A stretch of DNA of 64,000 bases. Source: Elsinoe ampelina (taxonomy: Eukaryota). The notes below the pieces were generated by a model. The model ran no database searches and had not been told where the DNA came from. It worked only from the letters and a program-made list of their open reading frames with translations. The translations under genes were made by a program, and so were the position numbers. This document shows positions 13,850 to 25,674 of this stretch, one piece after another (position 1 is the stretch's first letter; every line of letters begins with the position of its first letter). The DNA lies in the NCBI GenBank assembly GCA_010093995.1, contig ML992502.1, positions 2,426,728 to 2,490,727 of the forward strand. Direction: 5' to 3'.

Positions 13850-16590
13850 AGTTAGGCGAGACTTAACTAAAGGAAGCCTTTATTAGTAGCATAGATGTAG
13901 GTCTTACCTAGTAGCTTATAAAGGAGAAACTTAGTAGAGCTATAATTACGTAATTGCTTAAAGACCTACGTATATAACCTCTAGTAGAGAGCCTTAGTTA
14001 GCGAACTACAAATAAACTAATAGAGAAGATAGAGAATTTAGATACGGGCGGGGGTATTAACGGCTAGTAGACCTCGAGCTTTATACTAAACACTAATTAT
14101 AGGCCTAAAAGATACACGTTCTAGCATCTAGATATTCTTATAGCGATACGCTTCTTGCTTAGCTATTACAGTTTCGTAGTAGATATAGACTATAGCCTAT
14201 ATAGAGTCTTTATAGAAGCTATCGAGAGTAAGCTACTACGACAAGTATACACCGAAATAGTAAGCGGCAACTAGTAGTAGGATATACAAAAGTAACTTAG
14301 AATACTAGGGGCTACTATTATTCTATTAATTGTTATAAGTAATTAGACCTAGGTAATAAACTATTAAGGAGATCTTATAGCATATACTATCTATCTATTA
14401 TTAGGCAACCTAAAGGTAGAAGCATATAATAGTAACTACTAGCTAGAGTAGTTACTAATTAGCTTACTTTCTATTATTAAAGATAGTAGTAATATTATTA
14501 AGGAGAAGACCTACTACGCTTGTATAAAGAAAATCTTTAACACTATTATTAATTACTACTTAAGAGAGAGTAAAATAATCTTCTATACGGATAGAAAGAG
14601 GTAGAGGTACTTCCCTATACTTACTACTATACCTACGAATTACGCCGAATAGGTTACTATAACTAGTATAAAGTTACTATATTATTATATAAGTTGCCTA
14701 ATTAGTAAGGACAAAAGGGAGAACCTAGTAGTTACTATGCCGCTCCGAACTTACTACTCTATATAGTAATAATAGCACTTATAAAGAGAAGCACGTAAGA
14801 GTTAGTAGTAGAGTAAGAAGATAGATATAAGCTCTTAGGTTTATATAGTTAGTTACTTTATATAGGATCTTCTATATACTAATATTTACTACGCGATAGT
14901 ACTAGATATTCTATACTAACTTCTTAAAGGCGTTTTAATACACGTCTTATACTAGACTCGAAAATTACTCTAGGATTTAATACCTATATAGAGATTACTA
15001 TAGTATATAAAGGCTAGAGAGACTATATAGTAAATAGGCTACTAGCGCTTAGTAAAGGAGATTATACTTAATATTATTAATAAGCGTTTTAATAGTATAC
15101 TAGTGTTTCCTAGCATCTAACACTTCTTATACTACTTAGCTATTAAGCAATAGACAGGTTAAGAGTAGAAGAGTATCGTACGCTAGATGCTTCTAGTATT
15201 TATACTACTACTCGAGGAGGTTAAGGCACCTTAAGCTATTAAGTTTATACGCGCACTAGTCGACTTTATATTACTAGTAAACTATAAGACCTATAACGAC
15301 GACATACTCTAGTATATTAACCTTGCGCTTTTTAGGATAAACAAGTATAAAGAAACCTTCTAAGCCTATTATAGTAACAGAAAAGAAGAGAGCAACTTTA
15401 ACTTTCTAAAATAGTACTTAATAATATATTTTTTAAAGGCTATCTATAATTTCGAAGTAGTTACTAGCCTCGATTCTAATTATTTAAAGCATAATTATAT
15501 ATACTTTATTAAGGACGCCTTTAAACTTACAAATAAGAAGGCTAGATAGGAAGACTAGGTTACTACTTATAACACTAAACTAGTAAATATATTAGTAGTA
15601 TTCGATAACCTCTCGAAGTTAGTTAGGCTATCGGCTACTAAACTAATTAAGATCTAAAGTACGCTAGTTAGCGTAAGTAATATAATAAACATTACTTCTT
15701 AGTTTAGCTAGCCTAGCGCTAAGAGGGGAGCTATATAGCGTATAGTAAGAGAACTAGAGGCGCTTATTAATATACTACCTAGGCTATTACTATAGTAAGT
15801 AATAGCAGTATTTATCCGCGAGGCTTATTAAGGTATAGCCGAGATAGGCTCTAACTTAAGAACTAAATACTCTAATTAGTTTAACACTAAACTAGATCCT
15901 AACAAACTTAAACTAGATTCTTCCTAGGTAAGTAACCTCTACGTTAAGTTCTACTATTCTTTAAAGTATAGGAAACTATCCGACTATAATCCTAATAATC
16001 CTAATATAGACAAATAAGACTTTATCCGGTGTATAACTAAATAGTAGAAGATATATAGCAATAAGAGGCAAGACTAGCTCTAGGTATAAGAATAGATAAT
16101 AAACAACAAAGGTACTAATAGAGCATTACCTAATAGCCTATAAGGTAAGTTACTAGCTCGTATTATGTTTATAATAACTATAGAGAATAGCTTCTAGTCT
16201 AGTAGATTAAGCCGGCGTTAACGCCTATACTATATAGAAGCGCTAGTAGATCTATATTAGCCTACTTAGCCGAATAGAGCAGCTAATCGAGAGCATAGTA
16301 TAACACTAATTAAGCCTTAGATAAATCGACGCGCACGAGCTAGATAGAACACTCTTACTAGTAAGCGTATCTACTTTACCTTATAAATCTACTATAGTAT
16401 CTACGTCGTGCTAGTAGATAAAACAAAGCTATACGGCCGGATATACATTAATAACATAGCCGACTTTAACATATATAACATGCTATAGAATAAGTTATAG
16501 AAGTCTAAATAGCTCTACCTAGCTAAGGCTTTAAAACGAGAGAGGTTAAGATCCCTAGGCGTAGTTAGTAAGCGTAGTAGGCATTAACGA
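13850..16590 (+). mobile_element. RIP-inactivated Plavaka-family transposase relic
   Basis: De-RIPed motifs in family order: DIL.AIRFLL(G)(H) ~14130; VYTE(M).SG(D)(W)(W)(W)D.QK ~14245; (P)LIV.S(D)(Q)T(Q)...YL.LGNL ~14325-14415; (D)YAE(Q) ~14638; (P)DIL(H)(Q)LLKGV ~14902; KRF..I(P)VFP(G)I(R)HF...KQ(W)TG ~15082-15160; FIRALVDFI ~15244; NFNF(P)K(W)(H) ~15393. Confidence 0.82.
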
Positions 16591-17115
16591 AGCTAGAGTA
16601 CTTCTTTCGTAGCTAGAACAATTATCTCTTATATTAACGGCCTAACGCTTAGGTATACTTAGGTTAACTACTAGACTATATTAGGTAGGCGAGTTATAAT
16701 AACTTCCGTAGGTATTACCCTAACTAGTTAGTTTACACCTGTGTATTATTAGGTTAGTCCCTAAACTATATAGAGTTTGTAGCCTAAGGTGCCTTATATA
16801 GTTTTTACGCTAAAGAGTTAGTCTATTCCTTTACTAATTATAATAGCTTAGGAAATTATAGCGAGGCGTTATAGAAGTTAGTCTTTAAGATACTTAAGAC
16901 ATACCCTAAGTATTTAGTAATAGTAGTAAAAGGCTTAGGTTAGTAAGTTATCTTTAGGTTAGTTTTACTAACGGAGTTAGTAGTCTAAGAGGAAAGTTTA
17001 TTCTCTATAATAAGTTTACTAATAAGACTCCAATATAGATAATAGTACTTTGCTCTATTTACTATTATATTGTAGGGATCTACTCGATGCTACTAGAGTA
17101 GTTACTAAGGACTTA

Positions 17116-18780
17116 TTCCTTTCTATCTAATAGATAAGATCTATAATAACACTAGCTTAGAAGACCCGCTAGGGAACATTCTTATTAATCTCTATATATA
17201 TACTATACGTAGGAAATAAGTCGAGGAAGAAGCTACTCTTTAGTTTAGTAAGTAGCCTCTTCCTTATCCTCTAAAGTCTCCTCTATATCTATGTAGGTTA
17301 TAAGTATTTCCTTATAAGATTATTAGTATATAATATATGTGTAACAAATCCTGTCTATAAGATTATATACTAGATTATCCTATATACGCTATTACTACAA
17401 CTACTACTTAGTAGTAGTAATAGTAGAGTAGCGGGATATAGTAGGAAAAAGTGTTATTATATCTACCTCCGAGAGGGGGATACTCCCTTTCTCCCCTATA
17501 TCTTCCTTCTCGCTCTCTACTATAGTAAGGTATACTATAACTAAAGCTACTACTACTGCTTCCTCCGTAACTACTATTACTTATATATAGCTACGACTAT
17601 AGATTATTGCCGGAAGCTTAGTACGTATCGAGGTAACCTTATCTTTAATATATAGTAATAAAGTGCTATAATCTTAACCTAGATACTACCTCTATTACCT
17701 CTCCGACGACTGCTGTAACTAGCGCCGAGAGCTAGTAAGGTAAGAAGCGTACTACCTCTACCTTTGCTAGTGTCTATAGCTATACTAGTATTAAGCTCGG
17801 CAAGGCAAAGGAGAAGAGTAAGAAGCGGAAGGAGCCTCTTATTATTACTAATTACCTCCTTACCGATAACCGTATAGATAGGTAGTTAGAGTAGATCTTA
17901 AACTTCCTAGAAAGAGTATTTACTTCTCTACTATAACTGCCTTTAAGCTGTTATTTAGACTACTATATCCTTAGTACTATCTCCGGAGCTACTTAGACAC
18001 TATACTAATGTCTATTAGACCTTACTTTTCTAGGTAGTCTTTCGTAGCTTTAGAATTATCCTTCTAGTAGGTATACTATTCCGTGTTAGTAGACAAGGAA
18101 TTAGCTTAGCCTAAACTAAATATCTATTACATTTCTCGTACCTGTCCGTATTAGTATTAATCTTCTTAGAATAGGCTATAGCCTCGCTACTATAGCTACT
18201 ATTAATGTAGTATATCTAGCTTCTATTATTATTCTCTTCCTACGTTACTAACGACTTCTAAGTACTAGAATAGGTCTATAGGTATTTATACTTAATATTA
18301 TAACTATACTTAGCTATAATAATTAAGTTCTTCTTAGGAAAAGCTTCCTTACATCTATAAGTCTAAGTTATAAATACTTCTCTATAAGCTTATTTTATAT
18401 TGTCGACGATATAGGCTACTAGATAGTAGAACTTATAGGCTATAGAGCAATAGAGGCGCTTTTTGTTAGTATTAACCTTTGTTACTAGCTATATAGTTAT
18501 ACGAAAGTACTTGTCTTTAGAGACATCTAACACCTTAATAGACAACTAAGTAGAGACGATAAAATAGAGTTAGAATAAGTATATATTAGTTTAGAGTTTT
18601 ATATTATAAGCTAGAGAACAAGGCGTATAATGTCTACTTTCCTATTATAGTAAAAGCGCTTCTATACTAAGCTCCGATAATATAGAGTATATACTTCCTC
18701 TCTATCTAGTAGATAAGATCTATAATAACACTAGCTTAGAGAGCTCTCTCTAGAAGATGCTTATTAATTTCTATATCTAT
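17116..18780 (+). repeat. Pair of ~85-bp direct repeats (17116-17200 and 18695-18780)
   Basis: Both contain 'tctatcta(a/g)tagataagatctataataacactagcttaga' followed by 'cttattaat(c/t)tctatat'. Confidence 0.8.
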
Positions 18781-19049
18781 TCTAGTCGCGGCAAGTAGAG
18801 TGTTTATCTAATCTAAGGCACATACGGTGCATTTAACTAAAATTAGGTAGGTATAGTACGTTTAACTAAATTTAGGTAGGTATAGTGCGTTTATAGCGAC
18901 CTAACGTAGTTAAACTTAGTTTAATACGGAGAAACCTAATATTCTAACTCCCTACACTTAGGACTTTCGTGACGTAGTTCTTACTTACTAAGAAGTACAC
19001 TAACTATAGTATATATTACACTACTAAAGTTGCTAGAGCTACTATTTAT

Positions 19050-19950
19050 TAAATCTATCTATCTCTTAAGTTCTTTAGCACTTCTTATCTACTAGTTAAT
19101 ACTTATACCTTATAGCCTTATACTCTCTTATAATAGGAAGAAGATATAAGCTCTATCTAGCTAAGCTCTTTCTCTACTAACCTTATTAAGGACGTAATAG
19201 CCTACCTTAATAATATTTCTACTATCTATATTAACAAAATTTAAGACTTCTTACTAGAGATTTATAACTACTAGGTATCGATAAGCACTATCTAGAGAAC
19301 GATTTACTACTAGTAGTAGAGTTAGAAGGTAGCTAAGAAGGTAGTAGTAGAGAGAGATATAGTACTAAGGGAGAACTAGAGCTATCGGTGTAAGCTATAG
19401 CTAGTAGAGTATATCGTCTATATCGATAAGTTAGCTTATAATAAATAGATAGCATAGAGAAGATATAGCTAGTTACTAGTAGGTAAAGAGTATATAGATA
19501 TCTAGCTAAAGTAGTATAGTAAGAGGTAGAGTGTTTTACTAGCTATATCTATTAATAGCTATCTTCCTAGCACCTTAATCTACTATAGATCGATTACTAG
19601 TAATATCTTTATTAGCTAGCTAAGGGATATAATATTACTAGAGTTACTAGCTAGTATAATTCTAGTAATAGATAATGCGTTAATCTACTAGTATAACGAG
19701 GTAAAAGAGCTAGTATAAGAGTATAGAAGTTACCTTAAATACCTACTACTATATTTACTAGATTTTAATCTAATTAAGTAGTCGTTTATAGTGTTAAAAG
19801 CGTAGGTAAAGCGACACTATAATCTTATTAATAGCTACAATAATTACGCTAATTTCTTAGAGCTAGTAGTAGTAGCGTATAGTAGATAGTATACTAAGAT
19901 ACACTTTAAGAGCTATAGATATAGTATAAGGTTATAGGAGATCTATATTA
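19050..19950 (+). mobile_element. RIP-inactivated Tc1/mariner (IS630-like DDE) transposase relic
   Basis: De-RIPed: HTH-like VS.STI(W)RTI....(W)S(R)KV ~19275-19335; IVYID(E)(S)A(C)N(E) ~19413; KR(W)SVL(P)AISI(D)(G)YL ~19521; ILV(M)DNA(S)I(H) ~19659; YL(P)(P)Y(S)(P)DFN(P)I(E)(Q)SF.VLKA(W) ~19740-19806. Confidence 0.88.
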
Positions 19951-20090
19951 GCTTATAAGAGATTACTTATATTAAACAATTTAATACTAAGAAATAGTAA
20001 AAACTCTTTATAGCTATCTCTCTCCTCTCTATACTACCTTTATACCTCTCTAAGTTAGATTAATTAATCTACCTTAGTAGCCGAACTAGA

Positions 20091-20209
20091 TTAATGCCTA
20101 ATTCGCTAGCTAGTAGAGATAAGCTACCTATCTTAGCTAGCGAAATAGCTATTTAGCTAAGCTACGAGATAGGTAGCTTATTTAGTTTAGCTACTAAGAT
20201 AGGCACTAA
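20091..20209. repeat. ~120-bp imperfect inverted repeat (hairpin or MITE-like relic)
   Basis: 'ataagctacctatct' (20119-20133) is the reverse complement of 'agataggtagcttat' (20167-20181). Outer arms are 'ttaatgccta' and 'taggcactaa', with a central palindrome 'aaatagctattt'. Confidence 0.65.
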
Positions 20210-22369
20210 TATTACCTATATTAATCTACCCTAGCTCTTTTAAGTATCTTAGCGTAGTACTAGCGCTTAAAGAGGCTTATCTAGTATTAAATCTAGTAAA
20301 GGAGGCCTTTATTAAAGGCCTAGGTATCTCTTTATCTATCTATATAAATACCTCTTACTTTATTAAGATTATAGTTCTCCTTTTTTAGCTTAAATTTAAC
20401 CTAAGATAATAGCTTAATATTGTCTCTAAAGCTTTCTTTACTCTTTAACTAGTTAAAAAATTTAGTTAATACCTTATAGAGATTAGTCTCTAAAGTAATA
20501 GATAAGGATCTTATATTAGTAGAAGAAGGTATAGAGTATATATAAGAGCTTAGAGCAATTATATTAGTAATATTAATATAGTTAATAGGGGTCGTCGAAG
20601 GCGCTAGTAGTACTAGTAGTACTAGTGTTAGTATTAGAGGTGTTAGAGAAGTACTTAAAGAGACACTTCTTATACTATATAGCTTACTCTAATTAAGTAA
20701 TAGAGTAAGGCCTAGAGGGGGTTACTTAAGTAAGACTCTACTATTACGAATAGTACTAAACTAAGTAAGCTTATCTACTATAGAGACTCGTTAGTACTTA
20801 CTAGTTATAGTACGCTAGTAAAGGCCTTAATAGTTAGTATAGCTACGATTACTATAACTCTATAAGCTCTCTAAGTCTAGCTCCTTATTGCTATTTACGC
20901 CTTTAAGCGCTCCTTATAACTAGCTCGTTACTAACTCTTAGCCTTATAAAGATTATAACTATAGTAGTACTAATATAACTAGAGGTATAGTCTACCTTAC
21001 TAGAGCTAGTCTAAGGCTTAAAAACTATAAAGGCCTTAGTAGAGGTACTATTAAAGAGCTTAGAACTAGTATAGTTAGTGCTAGCTACACTACTTAAAGA
21101 GGTAGTATAGAGTTTATAGTAGCTATAGATTTTTTTACCTTAGCTATAAGGCTAACTCTAAGTAACTAGTAGCCTTCTTTAAGCTACTCTATAAGCTTAT
21201 TAACTAGCCTTTATATCTTAGCTAGCTAGAAGAAGGCTAATTTCTATACATTACTATAACTAAGGCCTTTATAGATAGTAGAGCACTTAATAATAAGTAG
21301 CTTAAGTTAAGCTTAAGTAATAAGGCTAGCCTTCTCTAGTAACTACTCTAAGATTAATAACTAGCTAATATCGATAGCCTTCTCGAATATACACTTATTA
21401 TTAAATAGCGTCTTACTACCTTACTTTATTACTAACTTTATCTCTATCTTATAATTATAATATAGAGTATCTAAGTTGTTTAGATTACTCTCTAGTAGCT
21501 CTAGTATCTATAACGACTCTAGTACTTATATAGCCTTCTCTTATGTTATATCTACCTCTTTAACTAACTACCTTAGCTAGTCTCTTACTAGTGTTAATCT
21601 AATCTAGAAGTGTACTAGTTATACTATAGCTTAGGAGGTATAGTGTCTAGCTTACTTAGTAAGTTACTTAAGAGCTTAGTTAGCATTTAGAACACTTAGA
21701 TAAGCTACTACTAGAGGTGCTTAAGGTGCTAGGGTATATAGCCTAATTATTAGTCCTTAGTAGAGGTACTTCTCTACCTTATCTAGAGAGCTTAAGGAGA
21801 AAGTTAGTAACTATAATAATTGTCTCGCTAGTAGCGACAATAGTAGTAACAACGCTAGAAGGCTAGAGCCTATCTCTATCGCCTCCTACGCCGCTCTAGA
21901 GAGTCTCTTTATATAGCTAGTATAATAGCTAGTCTATATAGTAGTACACTTACAAGCTATAACTACTAGCTTAATCTATACTAGTGCTCTATTATACCTT
22001 ATTTCAGCTTCAATTTTTGCTTAATTCGGCGTCAGTGACGAGCAATTACTATCTATATTTTCTCTCGACCTCTGGCCACCAAATTTTGGTGATGCGAAGT
22101 CGGCACAAACTATCGCCAAGCCCGGGGGTGGCTCGTTTGAAGCGAATTCGACTGTATCGACTGCCGTTGCGGGGCACCGGGGCGCATTTTGCGGGGAGTG
22201 ACAACCTTGAAGCTCGGTTCGAGGTTGCTCAGGAACTAAATGCTTATCCACCTCTTGTTGACACCCTGCATTTCCGGCATTTTGGATGGACTATGAAGCG
22301 ATCGGCCATTTATTAAGCTGCCTTGCCCTGGCCACAAATGCTTCGTGGTCAGCGGTCAAAGGCTTAGCC

Positions 22370-23953
22370 ATGTCTCCCCCACACTTTAACTCCAAGGCCT
22401 TGGGGCTATTGCTATTCCAGTCAGGCACAGCAGTGCTTGGCTATGCTACAGCAAATGCGAGTTGTTCGGACCTAGCGACCTCGCTGCAGATACCGGATGT
22501 TCAGGTCCTCATTGCAGAGTCAGTTCCTGCAGGTACCAACCTGACCTTCCCAACAGTCCCAGCGGATTGCACCCGGAGCCAGGTCACCCTTGTTGATATC
22601 TGCCGGGTTCGCATGCTGCTTACCACTGGACCAACCAGCAATGTCACACTTGAGCATTGGCTGCCTGCCGACTGGAACGGACGGTTTCTCGCCACCGGCA
22701 ATGGAGGCACGAACGGCTGCGTCGACTTCAACGCCATCAACTACGGCACTGTCCAGGGATTCGCCGCCATTGGGACCAACAACGGGCACGACGGCTTCTC
22801 AGGTGTACCCTTCCTGAACAACCCAGGGGTAATCGAGGACTTTGTCTACAGAGCTGTGCATAGTTCTGCATCCATCGGCAAGCAAGTCATTCAGACGTAC
22901 TATAAACAACCTGCATGCAAATCCTATTACCTGGGCTGTTCTACTGGAGGCAGGCAGGGCTTCAAGGAAGCCCAGTCGTTCCCTGATGACTTTGACGGCA
23001 TCGTAGCAGGCGCTCCTGCTATCGCATACAACGACCTGAACTATCAGAGCGGTAGCGTCTTCATCGCCACCGGGCCCCCCGGATCGCCATCGTTCCTGTC
23101 CACAGCTCAGTGGTCTGCTGTCGTCAATGCTTCCATCGCCCAATGCGATCTTCTCGACAACGTAGCCGATGGAATTCTCGAAGACCCCGACCTCTGCCAG
23201 CCCCGATTCGAAGCCCTGCTCTGTGCTGCCAATCAGACCAACTCGACCACCTGTCTCACCCCAACCCAAGTCGAGACTGCCCGCCGCATCTACAGTCCCA
23301 TCTACGGCCCACAAGGTCAGCTCATCTTCCCCCGCATTCAACCCGGCGTCGGCTCCGCCCTCGTCTACGGCGGTCCCTTCTCCTACTCCACCGACTGGTG
23401 GCGCTACGTTGTCTACAACGACACCACCTGGGACCCCAGCACCCTCGGCCTGGACGACTGGGTCGCCGAAACCGCCGTCAACCCCTTCAACATCCAGACC
23501 TTCCTCGGCGACCTCTCCGCCGTCCGCGACCGCGGCACCAAAGTCCTGCACTACCACGGCCTGCAAGACGGCCTAATCAGCTCCGAGAACTCGCGCCGCT
23601 ACTACGAAAACGTCCAGCGCGCCATGGGCGCCACCTACGACGAACTAGACGACTTCTACCGCTACTTCCGCATTTCCGGCATGGGTCATTGCAGCGGCGG
23701 GTCGGGCGCGAGTGTCATTGGGAATGGCAAGACGAACACGTGGACGGATGACGCGGATGGAAACGTGTTGCAAGCGATGGTGAGGTGGGTCGAGGAGGGT
23801 GTGGCGCCCGAGACGATCGAAGGGGCCAAGTTTAAGACGGGTGGGAATGGGACTGAGGTTGAGTATACGAGGAGGCATTGTAGGTGGCCCAGGAGGAATG
23901 TGTGGGATGGTGAGGGGGATGTGGCGGATCCTGATAGTTGGAACTGCGAGTAG
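22370..23953 (+). CDS. Tannase / feruloyl esterase family secreted hydrolase
   Basis: WNGRFLATGNGG, SYYLGCSTGGRQG (catalytic Ser), FDGIVAGAPA, KVLHYHGLQDGLI, GMGHCSGG, WVEEGVAPETI. Intronless. ATG 22370 precedes a signal-peptide-like stretch; an alternative in-frame ATG lies at 22286. Confidence 0.95.
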   Translation: MSPPHFNSKALGLLLFQSGTAVLGYATANASCSDLATSLQIPDVQVLIAESVPAGTNLTFPTVPADCTRSQVTLVDICRVRMLLTTGPTSNVTLEHWLPADWNGRFLATGNGGTNGCVDFNAINYGTVQGFAAIGTNNGHDGFSGVPFLNNPGVIEDFVYRAVHSSASIGKQVIQTYYKQPACKSYYLGCSTGGRQGFKEAQSFPDDFDGIVAGAPAIAYNDLNYQSGSVFIATGPPGSPSFLSTAQWSAVVNASIAQCDLLDNVADGILEDPDLCQPRFEALLCAANQTNSTTCLTPTQVETARRIYSPIYGPQGQLIFPRIQPGVGSALVYGGPFSYSTDWWRYVVYNDTTWDPSTLGLDDWVAETAVNPFNIQTFLGDLSAVRDRGTKVLHYHGLQDGLISSENSRRYYENVQRAMGATYDELDDFYRYFRISGMGHCSGGSGASVIGNGKTNTWTDDADGNVLQAMVRWVEEGVAPETIEGAKFKTGGNGTEVEYTRRHCRWPRRNVWDGEGDVADPDSWNCE

Positions 23954-24333
23954 ATGTCGAGCAGATTTTCAAGGCCATATAGGGCGAGATCTCATCACTG
24001 CTGTCGAATGCAAATTTGTATCGTATGATCTATGAATACCAACGAGCTCGAGTCTTCCTTTTGGGGACTTTATTCTGGCTTTTCAATCGTGCCGATCGTC
24101 ATGCAGAGCTCGGTGCTTCCAAGAAAGACCCAGTCAAATCTACTGAGGACAAGTGGCTGAAGCAGGTCGGGAATGTGAATTCGGAATATGACATCCTGGC
24201 AGTCAACGACCATTCGATTGTGACAAGGAACCATCAGAAGAATATACCCACTGTCATGATGTTGTTGATGTCTTATGTAATTTTTAGCTGTAGGCTGCTT
24301 TCTCCTCTATCCACATTTCAACTCCCTGCGAGC

Positions 24334-25063
24334 TCATTTCTTCGAATCAAGTCTCGCCTTTCTCCCCCTTGCAGACCTAGCGGACCTTCGTAACGTCACC
24401 TTTTCAAAAGCTGTCGGTGCAATCGCCACAGATACAATTTTAGAAAACTCCAAGCGCCTGCTGCTGCCGCGCTGGGAAGCCCCCGAGCTTTCGGAATTTC
24501 GGCATCTTCGCGATCATTCTCGCTCGCCGTCTTTCATCCCTTTCCTTCATCTTAGCCTGGATGAATGGCAGTGCCACGCTGGAAAGACGCCAAAGAGACG
24601 CGCAATCTGTGCCATGCGTCATCCCAGAGATGTATCCCTCCTCTCCACGCCCGTGGATCTCAATCGTCATCATGCGGTCCGAATGCGCACTCTCCAGAGC
24701 TCGACTCTCCTCCTTCAGAGCGAGGAGAAATCCCGTGACCCTTTCGTGGAGTGGTCTCGAGGTGTCGGCCTTCAAGGCGTCTCTGAAGCGGAACATGAAT
24801 TCATGGTCGCGGTAGACGTTGATGGTCCGGCGGTTGTTCTCGCGGATCATCTTGTTGATCTCGACTTGACTGACGCCCATATTGACTATTTCGGCGCTGA
24901 CGCCAGGACCTCTGTTGTACTTCTGGCGGAACCGTTGACTGGTCTGGTAATTGTCAATATTGGTCGCGGTATCTGGGCTCCGAGCGGCACGACTTATGGT
25001 TGGTTCCTCGCCGGACTGAGGTGCTGGGGATACGCTCGTTCTTGTTGGCTCGAAGCTTGCCAT
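24334..25063 (-). pseudogene. Orphan partner gene copy P1 (NRR/RRSAR family), apparently frameshifted near the 3' end
   Basis: ORF from MASFEP (25063) has MGVSQVEINKMIRENNRRTINVYRDHEF...LWRLS and stops at 24440. The family tail VTLRRSARSARGRKAR continues in the adjacent frame (RRSAR at 24390-24376, stop 24336-24334). Confidence 0.7.
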
Positions 25064-25674
25064 GGCTGGAAAAATGTTGCTAGCTTGTTTCGACGAGAAG
25101 TCCGTTGGAGATATGTCGAGTGTCGCTGATGTTCTTGAGCAGACGATCGACAGTCGTCGTCGGCGGGGCCGGGGCAAATCAACTGAAGTTCACGTTGAAA
25201 CTTCAATGCAACCATCCGGCTCTGTGTGGCTGCACAGCTTAATGACTGGCTAGACATGAAGGACCTGTCCTACAGCAGCAAGATTTTTCCCTGGCTCGCG
25301 AGACTCGTCTCTTCCCCTTCTACTTTCATTCTGCTTTTCCTCGAGATTCCCATCGATCTCATCACTCTTCTGCCAACATGTCTGACAACATATCTAACGA
25401 TATGTCTGCCCGCATCCAAGCCCCGCCAGTCATACAGCTTGTTGCTGACGACTTTTACACCGGTGCCAAAGCACTCCTGGATCGCCTGCCGGAAGCCAGA
25501 ATCTGTCTCTCGCCCCTCGACCCCCGTCTGCAAAGCAGAATGACGGCTTGGACGGTCTCATCACTCAAGAACTTGTACGAGGGGATGAGTGTCCGATCAG
25601 CAACATGTCCTGCTCATCAGAAGGTGCGAGACCTAGACCATTAGATCGTCCACAAGCACTGATTCTACCAGGTT

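Larger units (their letters stand above)
1..21985. other. AT-rich, RIP-degenerated repeat/transposon block
   Basis: TpA is everywhere while CpA/TpG are nearly absent, and there are almost no ORFs. Composition switches abruptly to GC-balanced at ~21,985. In the recognisable relics, Gln/Trp/Arg codons have become TAA/TAG, as expected from RIP. Confidence 0.95.

Noticed and set aside
20230..21950. Further minus-strand transposase or gene relic
   Set aside because: Looks like RIPed coding DNA, but no diagnostic motif was recoverable.
1..21985. Starship captain (DUF3435 tyrosine recombinase)
   Set aside because: No supporting motifs could be recognised by eye; needs deRIP and an HMM search.
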